A stretch of 64,000 nt of DNA from Geosiphon pyriformis uo1 (lineage: Eukaryota; Fungi; Glomeromycota), in contig JAAOMT010000227.1 of assembly GCA_016748015.1 (NCBI GenBank), positions 1 through 64,000 of the forward strand. The letters run 5' to 3'. The notes beneath the pieces were generated by a model that was not told the DNA's origin, did not search any database, and saw only the letters and a list, made by a program, of their open reading frames with translations. Position 1 is the stretch's first letter. Each line of letters starts with the position of its first letter. Shown in pieces: positions 36,041 through 47,143 of the stretch. Both the position numbers and the translations under genes were made by a program.

Positions 36041-37425
36041 TTAAGTGTTCAAGTTTGGTTGTTGTTCTATTATGATTATTGGTTCTAAATTTCAGGGAAT
36101 ATCTTCAGGATTAACTAAAGGAGAATGTGTACCAATTTGTGGAATTAATGGTTTAGGATTGTTTTTGGAATGATAGTATTTCAATCTATCTCCATGTGCA
36201 ACTTTTGCTAGTACTTTGTCATCAAGTCTTAATTTGTATGATCTATTGTCTAGAATTTCATAAATATAAAATGGTCTATTCCATTTGTTTTCAAATTTTC
36301 CACTCTATTGTTTTTCAGCCTTAATTCTGTGCAATAGAACTTTATTTCCAACTCTAAATTTGTTGGTAATGGGTGGTAATTTGTTGTTATGTCTTTCTTT
36401 TTATTAAGCTTGGGAATGTTCAATATAAGTTGTTGTTATCCTTTTTTTTTCTTCCAGTGTACTAAGAAGAGTGTAGGCCCTTCTTTAGAGTGTTTTTTGA
36501 AAGTTTTTTTCATTAATTGGTTGCATTGAGTATGTTTCCACTGTGAATTTAATTGGTAATATTGCTGTCTTTTCATAAGTTAAATCAAATAGTGTGTGTT
36601 TCATAGTATTTTGTTTTAGTGTTCTGTATGCTAGTAACACTGATGAAATAAAGATATCTCATTCCTGCTCAAAATCTGTTGAGATTTTGGCTAAAAATTC
36701 ACACAACATTCTATTGAAACGTTTTACAAGTCCATTTGTTTGGGGGTGATAAGGTAATAATAGGAGTCTTTTGACATTGAATTGTTTACAAATTTCTTGT
36801 ATCAAGTTGTTCACAAAATGTGTTCCTTGATCAGATAAAAGTTCAATTGGGCATCCATGTCTACAAATAATGTCTTCATAAATGAAATTTGCTACTGATT
36901 TTGCATCTGCTCTTTGGATGGTTCTAGCTTCAGGCCATTTGGTGAGATAATCTACTGCTACTGCAATATAGCAATTTCCTTGGGTTGTGATAGGTAATGG
37001 TTCAACTAAATCAATTTCAACTCTGTCAAAAGGTTGTCCAACTTTGATTGGATTTAAAGGTTCTGTAGGGCAAGTTCCTTCTCTTTTTTAACAATTATCA
37101 CAAGATTCTATATATTGTCAAATGTCTTTTTGCATATGAGGCCAAAAATAATGTTTAAGTGTTCTTTGAATTGTTCTATCTCTTCTCAAGTATGCTGAAG
37201 AAGAGTCTGTGTGCATGTTATATAGGATTGTTTCTTTTTTATTTTCTTGTACTAATCTGAATGATTGGTTTGGATTTTTGCAATTTTTGTAATAGTTTTG
37301 TTGTGGTATATGAAATATTGTTTTGACTGGTGTTGTAAACGATGTTTTTCACTTGGAGACCAATTTTCTGGCATGATAAGGGTCTTCAAATAGCTTTTAA
37401 AATTGTTGTAATTTCTGGGATCTAT
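36041..37425 (-). pseudogene. Element D stand-alone integrase ORF
   Basis: Starts ATA (probably mutated ATG) GAT CCC at 37425; YFWP..CDNC, LFSDQGTHF and NRPFY (GPF) motifs; TAA at 36043-36041. Confidence 0.88.
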
Positions 37426-37512
37426 TGTTGTTTTGTTGTTTTGTTGTTTTGTTGTTTTGTTGTTTTGTTGTTTTGTTGGTAGTAGTAGATTATAGTAGAA
37501 TTGTTGGTGGTG

Positions 37513-40500
37513 TTAATCTTGTTTTATTTTTGAGAGACTATTAACATTGGTGTGTAGTTTTCCTGGTTTGTGGTGTACAATGTATTTGTAGTCTGCTAGA
37601 AAATCATTCCATCGAGACTGTTTAGCACTTTGTTTAGTTTTCTTTTTATTAAGTCATTTGAGGCCAATATTGTTAGTTATAATGTCAAATTTTTTTCTAT
37701 TCTTCAGATATTGTTAAAAGTGTTTGAGAGCCCAAATGACTGCAGCTGCTTCTAATTCAGTTGAACCATATTTAAGTTCTGTTGGCTTGAGTGTTCTGCT
37801 GACATAGACAATGACTTGTTCTTGGCCATTTTCATCTAACTGTGATAAGATGGCACCAAATACTATGTGTGAAGCATTAATGGCTAGTTGGAACTATTTG
37901 TTAAAATCTGTGTAAGCAAGAACTGGGGCTGTTGTCAATCTTGTTTTGAGAGTTTCAAAAGCTTTTTGTTGTTCTTCTGTCCATTTGTAGGGCACATTTT
38001 TGTTGGTGAGATAATTGAGTGGTTTGGCAATTTCTGAGAATCCTTTAATGAATTTCCGATAATAGGAGGCTAATCTTACAAATCCTCATAGCTTTGTGGT
38101 GTTTTTGGGAGTTTGAAAGTTTTTGACAGCATTAATTGTTCCAGGGTTTGGTTTGACTCCATCTTTGCTAACTATGTGTCCAAAAAAGATTAAGCTTGTT
38201 TTTCCAAAGTGACATTTCTCAATATTTAACTTTAATCCTGCTTTTTGTAATCATTGAAAAACTTCTTATAGGTAAATAAGATGAGCTTCAAAGCTTGGGA
38301 AGTATACATCAGTATTATTCAGATAGACAACTACTGATTGCCACAAAAATCTTTCATATACAACATCCATAAGTTATTGGAATGTTGCTGGTGCATTGCA
38401 AAGTTCAAAGAGCATAACATTAAACTTATAGTTCTCTCCTTGAGTGGTAAATGCTATTTTGGGTCGGTCTTTTGGGTCTATTTCAACTTGCCAGTATCTA
38501 CTTTTCAAGTCTAAAGTTGAGAAGAACTTGGCTTTTCCTAGAACATCTAGCATGTCATTAATTCTTGAAAAAGGGTAGGCATCTCCAATTGTAACACTAT
38601 TTAGTTGTCAATAGTCAACACAAAATCTGATTTTTCCATTCTTTTTTTTAACTAAAACTACTGATAAGGCCCAAGAACTTCTTGATGATTGAATCAATTC
38701 ATTATTGAGCATTCTCTGGACTTTTTCTCTAATGAATTAGTGGTTGGTAGGTGGCACTTTATAAGCTTGCTGACGTTTTGGTAGAGCATCTTCTGTATGG
38801 ATCTGATGTTAAACAATATCCGTTTTTCCTAGATCATTGTTGTCTTTTGCAAATATATCTGCAAATTCAGCTATCAGTTGTTTTAATTGTCTTTGTTGTT
38901 GGGGTTCTAAGGGACTCATGTTAATTTGAGAGAGTTTTTCTTCCAAAAAGTGGTAGTTTTCAGTAGTAAAAAGGATGTTTAGATTTGAAAGTAGAGTATG
39001 TCTTATAATTTTGATAAAATTAGAGACAATTTGAGGGTTTTTATCTTGGAAGATGTTATTATGTATGATTCTAATTTCTAATTTATTTAATAGAACAATA
39101 GGGTAATTGTTGGGGTTGTAGAATGTAACTCGAAATTTTTTCATTCTTTTAGGAATATAAACATTTGGAATTAAGATTTCATGCTTCAAACAGATTTGTT
39201 CATTGAATTCAAAGATTTGTTGGGTAGTAATGAGTTTTGAGCAAGTGTAAATTTCGTGATGTTCTCCAAAAGATGAAATAGTAATTGGTTAAGGAAGTTA
39301 AAGAATTTGGTGGAATTTATTCTGTGCATTGAGAGCTATATTTACTGGCACTGTAAATCGTTCAGTTAAACCAAAATCTTGAGTTCTTCTTTCATTTTTT
39401 CCTAATTGTTCTCTGTTGTTAACTGATTGTAAACTCGAAATGTTGATTAAGGGTAAGTAAATTGCTTGGGCAATCTTTTTAGCATGTTCAATCTTGAATG
39501 GTTTGTCTGTTTCATTCTGTAATATGATGGTAATGTCTCCAGTATATTCTGCATCTATAACTCCTCTTCTGATGTTGATTCCTTTGCTTGCCAATGATAA
39601 TCTGGATGCAATTTGAACCATTGTTCCAGGTGGAATTTCAAGAGCAATTTTGAGATTAATTTTTGTTAAGGACTTTGGTTGAAGAACCAAGGTGTCTTTG
39701 CCAGGATATCTGAGGTTATATCCTGCATCAATTTCGTGGGCTTTTTTTGGTTTTATTCCTTGTCCATTGTTGTCAAAGTATTTGAATTGTATAGCAGGCT
39801 GGTTTTTAGTAAAATAGATTGGTGTTGTTGTGATTTTTTTCTTTGTTTCAGGTTCTCCAAATTCGATTTCTTCCTGGTCATTTTCACTGGGCAGAGGGAT
39901 GCTAAGAGCATAGCATTCTGCACACCATTTGTCATCACAGAACATGATGCATTCTTCACACAATTGAATGTTCATTCACTTTAATTATTGAATTTGAGCT
40001 TCTTGGGTTGGATATGTGTGGCTTGCAATTTGGTAGTATGTCTCTACTTCATCTTCATAATTGAATCCAGCTAATTTCATTGTGTATTCAATGTACTTAG
40101 CTTCTTTCATTTGGCAAATATCCTCTTGGGTGGCTCTATTAATTAATGCCATTGCTAAATCAAAAATCATTTTAGCATTATAAGGGTAGTGATAGAGTTT
40201 GTTGAAAGCACTGTTGTATGCTGCATTAAATAGTGTTCCTCTTCTGACTTTTTTTAAAATTGATAGAATGTATTGACAGGTTTGATCACATACTCCTCCT
40301 CTTATTGCAATATCAATCCAGTTGCATTCTTTAGATAGCATATTTTTACATGTGAGGCAAGAAGTGTTGTCTCATTTTCCACTCCTTTTAGGATATCCAA
40401 ATCGTTCTTTATGACATGTTTTACAAAAGTAGCAGGTACAAGTTTCATATTCCTCTTCTGAAAAAATACATGCTCCCATTGATAAAAGTTTCTTGTTGCA

Positions 40501-43125
40501 ATCTTTGCATTTAAGTGGAATGTAGGGTGGTTGTTTCCATGATTCTGGTATAAAATATCTAACTTTCTTCTATTCTCTTGATTCTTCAAAAATCTTTTGT
40601 TCTGTTTCCTCAGCCCAATTGGATGTTGATCCAAGAGACATGTAGGTTTCAGTGAGTGGCATTTTTTTCTCCTTCTCAAATTCAAATACTGGGGCTTTTT
40701 TTGATTGTTTGTTGAAAGTACCACAAGTAGCAGGTACTATAGTGTATTGTCCTTGGTATGAGATTTTTAGTTCCTAAGTTTCCCAATCTAAGTTTGCATA
40801 GGCCTTAAGAAGCCAATCATTCCCGACCAAAGCTTGGTATTGGGGTGCATCCATGATTAGAACTTTAACTAGAATGGTGATTCCATTAATGGTAAATGAT
40901 AAATTGTCAATTTTTCCTACTGGTGTCTTTTTCATACCATCTGCTGTAACAATTACAGTTTGAGCTAGTCTGTTAACAGTTTTTTGAAGCTGTTGCATTA
41001 ACTGATAGGTAATAATACTTCCAGTTGATCCACTGTCTAAAATTAATCAGATGGGTTTTTCTTCTACTGTAGCTTCAGTATACATGGCAGTGATAATTTT
41101 TTGTTTATTAGCTGCTGCATTACTAAGTAAAAATAGTGATTCATTTGCTTCAAATTTGAATGGAAATATATCTGAAAGATTGGCATTTTGGGCAATCTGG
41201 GCTGATGGAATAGTGTTGTTAGAAGGGTTTGATCTTGGTGCTGCAACTTCACTTTCAGAAAGTGCAGATTGTTAAAAATTCGATTCTTTAGGCATTATAA
41301 GATAACTGGGTTGAGTGTGATAGTGATTGGGTCTTTGCTGACCAGAATTTCGGGGAACCAACTGGTTATTTGAATTGATTCTGCTATTGTTATTCTGAAA
41401 TAGATTTTGGGGTGTGAATTGGTTATGTTAAACCAATCTTCTGGCTGATACTTGATATTGTTGAGTGAGTGGTGTCTAATATTGCTGAATTGGTAAAAGT
41501 TGCTGCATTGGTTGTGGAGCTGGTTAATAGTAACTGTTTTGATTTTGTGGTCTTGGTAAATAATAGGTTGGTGGTGGAGGTTGGTAATAAGATTGTTGTG
41601 ATAAAGAGTAACATTGGTTATTCCTATTTTGTTGGTCTCTTTGCAATTTTCTGCAATCTTGTTTCCAGTGTTCTGGAATTCTACAATAATGACAATTTTA
41701 AGGTTGGTTGTTGGATGGTGATCCAAAACTGTTTTGGTTGCATCATTGTGAAGGTTGATATCTTTGTAGTTGTTGCTGCTGTTGTTGTTAGTTTGTAAAG
41801 TAGCTTTCAATTTTCTTTGTGAGTTGGTCTATCTTCTTTTCAGCTGCTAAGCTGGTTTTTCCAATAGCTAGGTTGACAAGTTTGGTGTGATTTGCTTCTT
41901 TCATAGCCATTTCATAGTTCTTTGCATGTCTAATGACAGTTGCTAAGTCTGCTGGTGCATGTGGACAGACTTTTTTAATTAATTTGTCTTTTAGCTCTGC
42001 TATGAACTGATCCAAAATCTGAGCATTGGAATAGTAGTCATTGGTTTCCAATTGTCAAATTTGTCGAAAAAGTTTATTGAATCTTTCAAGATAGGTCATG
42101 ACAGTTTCAGATGTTTCTTGTTTGATATTGTGAAAGTGATTGCAGAGAGTGATAGAGGTGTTGTTGTTAGTAAATTGTTATAAGAAAGCATCTTTGAATG
42201 CTTGCCAGTTGTCAAATGGTTCTTCTAAGTTTTCAAACCATTCTTTTGCAGTTCCTTGGAGAAAGTATGGGATTGCTTTGAGCATTCTTGCTGTAATCCA
42301 ACCATTTGCATCTCCTGCTTTTTGAACTTTGTCAAGTCATTCTTGAGGACTGGTATCATTATTTTCACCAGTAAATTCTGGAATCTTTGCAATATAAACA
42401 GTTGCCATTTTTTCTTTGTTTTCTATAGTTTCTTCTTATTTTGATTCAGTTTCTTTACTTTCCAAGTTTTTTGAAGGATTACTTTCGATTTTCTGTAAGT
42501 ACTCAATAATATTGGTGCTGGTTGATATTGGTTCCTGCTGTTGAGTAAGATTTTTAGATGACTGAAAATCTTCTGGTCTGAAGAAATGGTTAAGTGGTAA
42601 ACTTGGTGTTTGTGGTTGAACAAGTGAAATTAGAAATGGTGTAATAGAAAGTGGTAATTTGACACTGGTTCTTTGTTTAGGTGTTTGTAAGTGTTTGGCA
42701 GTTGTCTTTGGTAGTATTAGAGTATTTGGGATGGTTCTTGAGTATTGTTTCAGTTTCTGTTTGCCTTTGTTGCTTGTTTCTGTTTCTGATTTAAAGTTAA
42801 TAGAGTATTAAGATTGTACTGGATATGTTTCTTCACAGTACTTGATAATGTTAAAATTAAGTTTTTGGAAGTAAGTAGCAAGTGTTTCACTGTTAAGGTC
42901 TTCAGTTTCCAACTGTGAATAGTGCATTAAATTATTGTAAAGAATGCTTCTAACTTCTGAGATGTTGTAATTTCCAAGAAGATAATTGTTGATGTAGTTT
43001 TCAATGTATTGGTATACTGATTTCTTGACAACTTCAATTCCGTCTGGGATGTTGAATCTTTGTTTGCAGTGGGTGTAAATTGACTGATAATACTCTAGAG
43101 TTGTTGTGTCTGGTATGGTCGCCAC
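37513..43125 (-). pseudogene. Element D gag-PR-Cys-rich-dUTPase-RT-RNase H frame
   Basis: GTG at 43125; LILDSGST, QYQALVGNDWL, DAGYNL..ASRLSL..GVIDAEY..IAQAIY (ORF 39298-39975), RT, RNase H ending SLSKIKQD* at 37513. Confidence 0.92.
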
Positions 43126-43170
43126 TTTGAAGTTGTTATTGCTGTGTTATTTCCGTAGAAAAGCACCAAA

Positions 43171-44141
43171 TGTTACCAGAGGTTTTTGGTCTCTTTTCTT
43201 AAATGTTGTTAATGTTGATTTGCTGTGAATTCACGTTTTTAGTAAGTAGTTGGACCTCCAGTAACTGAATTTATCTTCAAATTATTTTCTATAATTTGAA
43301 TTGCTGGGCTTATAAGTGGAATGACCAATTCTTTGCCAGTTACTTTATGTAGTTATGTTGTAGTAAATGTCAATTCTTTCCCAGAAATTGCTCATCTAGA
43401 AGCTCACTAAAAATGTGTAGTTACTTTGCTGTGAAAGTCAACTCTTCTACAGGAATCTTATCTGTAGGCTACCCTAATAATTATAATAAGAAAAGAAAAG
43501 AAAAATAAAAGAAATTTAAAAGAAATAGAATTTTATCAAGGGAAATGTTTTCTATCCAGGCCTGGAATCACTAACAGTTTATTGAAATTGGTAGCTAATC
43601 AATTTCAAAACGTTAGTTGTGTTGAGAGAATTTTAAGTGTAATAATTGAAGAATTTGGTTTTTCAAATATTTAATTTTTATTTGATTTTGTAAAAGATAA
43701 TTTGTTTTTAATTAAGATATCTAAAGTAAGATGCTATGTTAAAATACTATAAGAAGATCATTTTTTTGAAGAGAGAAGCTTTTTTTTTATACAACTTGTT
43801 GTAATACTAGTCTTTGAACTTGCACTTTTCTTTTTGCTATAATTTGGGTGAACTAAAGATACATTTTGGTGAACTACAAGTTATTTCACTAAACTATTTG
43901 ATTATTTCGGCCAATTTTCATTAATTTCGGCGAATTTTGACTATGTTAAATGGTTCAGGATATTGTGTAATTTGATTATCTTAATTTTTAGAGTACAAAT
44001 CGAATTATTGATTGAGTAATAATATTTGCTAATTTGATAATAATAAGTAATATTCAAGATACTAATAATATATGCTAATTGCTAATAGAAATTATAAGAG
44101 TAATTTCATGCTAATTAATAGCTAAAATTCTATTGGTAACA
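43171..44141 (-). repeat. 5' LTR of element D
   Basis: TGTTACC...GGTAACA; direct repeat of 34228-35198. Confidence 0.96.
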
Positions 44142-44469
44142 CTGTTAACCAAAATGAATTTATTAACCATATCAAATAAAACATATTTATTATCATTTAA
44201 TCTATGTTATTATTATTTAATTGAAAATTTTCATCACTTTTCTATTATTAATACTTTATGTTGATAATATTTAACACTTAAGCATGCTGAAACAATAGCT
44301 TTTGATCATGGTTATTAACAGGATACTAATTTTTTTTTTTTTATTTTCTTTTATTTATTTTTATTTTTTATTTTGTTGTTTTGTTGCTTTACTAACTGAT
44401 TAAAGAATTAATGCATAAAGTACTAACATTAAAAATAGCACTAATAAAAAACCCAAGAATAAGAGTAAA

Positions 44470-45694
44470 CATTCGAAATTTGAAACAACAAATCTTATTC
44501 TTAAAGCTATACAAAAACAAATTTACAATAAATTCAAGACAATAATTGTATTAACAAACACTTATTACAAACCTAAAACAGTTTTTAAATTTTATGATCT
44601 ATTTAATATTTATAAAAATATTCTACAAAATTTAATATTCCAATCAATAAAGATTCAATATATTAACAAACTCACAAAACTGAAATTTTAACAATTTTCA
44701 GACCAAATTACTTGAATTATTTTGGACTACTATTTCAATATTACAGATAGTACTTGGACTTTAATAGAGCTCAGTTTTGAGAAGAAAATTATGTTATTAG
44801 TAGAATTTTAATCATTAAATTAACATAAAATTACCCTTATAATTCTTATCATTAATTAATATATATTATTATTGTTAAATTATTACTTATTATTTAATCA
44901 AATTTGTACAATAAAAATTAAGATGATCAAATTACACAATATTTTAAATTATATAACATTCAAAAATTTGCAAAAATTTACCAAAATAATAAATAATTTA
45001 CTATTTAGTTAATAGTTTGCAGAAATAACTTGTAGTTTGTCAAAATATATCTTTAATTTATCGAAATTATAGCAAAAAAAAAAATACAAGTTTATAGATT
45101 AGTACTATAACAAGTTGTATAAAAGAAAAACTTTTCTTTTTAAGAAAATATATCTTATTTATAATAATCTTATTATAGATATTTTACTTGAAAATTATTT
45201 TTTTTAGAACAAATCTCTTAGTACAAATCAAATAAAAACCAAATACTTAAAAAATGCAAAAATTTGTTAGTTAATATTTGAAATTCTAACTAATGTTTTA
45301 AAATTAATTAATAACTTTAGGTTTAAATAGAAAACAATTCTTTTAACAAAATTTTATTTCTTTTATACTTCTATTATTTTCTTTTTTTTTTTTAATATAA
45401 TTATTAAAGTAGTTTACAAACAAGATTCTTGTAAAAAAGTTAACTTTTATAGCAAAGTAATTACACATTTTTAGTAAGCTTTCAGATAAGCAATTTCTAA
45501 AAAAAAGTTGACTTTTATTACAAAGTAATTGGTATAAAATCAGTTATTCTACTTATAAATCCAGTATTTTAAATTATAGGAGATAATTTGAAAATAAATT
45601 CAGTTATTAGAAATTTAACAGTTTTTAAAAATGTAAATTCACAATAAACAGACATTAACAATATTTAAAAAAAAGACCAAAAATCTTAGTAACA
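44470..45694 (+). mobile_element. Older D-family fragment D' (ORF3 3' end, PPT, 3' LTR 44792-45694), inverted relative to D
   Basis: Reverse-complement homology to 34228-35510; LTR TGTTA...TAACA. Confidence 0.85.
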
Positions 45695-46130
45695 ATATTT
45701 TTAAAAATATGTCATAATTTTCTGAAAATATGCTTACTTATTAAGTACTATTTTCTTATTAATCTATTTTTATGATCTGTTTTTTTTATCTTTTTCTTGT
45801 ATTTTTTTTCTATAAGTAACAATAATAATAAAAATTTCGCTTAATGGCTTTTATGACCAATCTGGTTTTTTGTTAATTAGAATAGTTTATTTGCTTGGTA
45901 TTGTTAAGTTTTTTGTAGTTAGTTTTGGTTTGTATAAAATGTATTTGTTTTTTTCAAGCATAAACAATAGTACAGAAGTTTATATAAAAATGTAATATTG
46001 TTTTGATTGACTTAAATAACTGGTCATATATAACAAGTATATAAGTTATATCTAATTAGATTTATTTAGTTTGTTTCTGTATACTAGATAGTAATTAAGT
46101 TGTATTTATTAATAATAATAATAATAAAAA
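45695..46130 (+). mobile_element. 3' relic of a third LINE copy with (AAT)n tail
   Basis: 45891-45995 translates LLGIVKFFVVSFGLYKMYLFFSSINNSTEVYIKM*, matching the LINE C-termini at 4499 and 62098; homologous 3' UTR follows. Confidence 0.8.
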
Positions 46131-46419
46131 TTAAACCAAAAGTTATTTAAATACTATTTTAATTATTAAAAAACAAATTATTATAATTAATAAAATACAT
46201 ATTATTATTAAGTCAAAAAAATTATTAATAGAAAAAAATTATTAATAAAATAGATAAATATATACTTAAATATATAATAATAATTATATTATTGTTTTTT
46301 AATATAATTAAAAAAATAAGCTTTAAATTAGCTTAATAAAATTATAAAAAACATAAAACTCTTAAAAAAACAACTATAAAAATACAAATAAAAATTTTGA
46401 ATATTATATAATTAAATAT

Positions 46420-46650
46420 TTTTAAAGTTTTAATCATTATTAATATTAATTATTTATTATTATATAATTAACCATTTTATTTTCAGATAATAATTGTTAA
46501 TTTGATTAATAATTTGATTATTAATCTAATTATTAACTTAATTATTAATTTAATTGTTAATCTAATTATTAATAGTTACATATAAAAAAACATAAAATCT
46601 AAAAATTAAATACAATAAAAATATATCCAATATTTTTTCTTATTTTTTAA
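46420..46650 (+). repeat. Nearly fully deaminated relic of an E-type LTR
   Basis: 12-bp periodic TTAATTTGATTA array and upstream TATAATTAACCATTTTATTTTCAGA align with the E LTR TTGACCTGATCA array and TATGATTAGCCACACTATTTTTAGA. Confidence 0.6.
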
Positions 46651-47143
46651 TTTTTTATCTTTAAGTATTTAAATATTTGTAAATAAAAAACTAATTGGTA
46701 TTTCTTAATTTGTATTGTTAAAATTAATTTAAAAAATATTTGTTTGCTTTTGTAATTTTTTGAATAAAAAATAATTAAAAAGCACAATACCTATTATTGA
46801 TTTTTAAAATCACCAAGTAAAACATAAAATAATCGCAATAGTGTTATTTTATTAACAATCATGAACTATTTTTCTATTTTCAAATTTTCCAAAAAAAATT
46901 AAGTGATTCTAAAATTGATTACACACATTGAATCTTTACAAATTCAATTCGTTTCTTTGATTGAATTTCCTTTTTTATTATTTCCATTACTCAAACCCGT
47001 AACAATATATTGTTCAATTAATTAATCTAAAATANNNNNNNNNNNNNNNNNNNNNNNNNNNNNNNNNNNNNNNNNNNNNNNNNNNNNNNNNNNNNNNNNN
47101 NNNNNNNNNNNNNNNNNNNNNNNNNNNNNNNNNNNNNNNNNNN

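Larger units (their letters stand above)
34228..44141 (-). mobile_element. Full-length Ty3/Gypsy LTR retrotransposon D (dUTPase-bearing, pseudogenised)
   Basis: 971-bp LTRs 34228-35198 and 43171-44141; exact 4-bp TSD CTGT; PBS TGGTGCTTTTCTACGG (43168-43153); PPT GAGGAGAAGATTA; all domains present. Confidence 0.96.
33985..44460 (+). repeat. Relic LTR F (C/G-related), split by element D into 33985-34227 and 44142-~44460
   Basis: TATTACTCATAAAAATTAG start matches the reverse complement of 63846; TATATAGCAGTA..TTAGAAGCA and AACAATAGC..TGATCATGG motifs match the C LTR. Confidence 0.7.
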
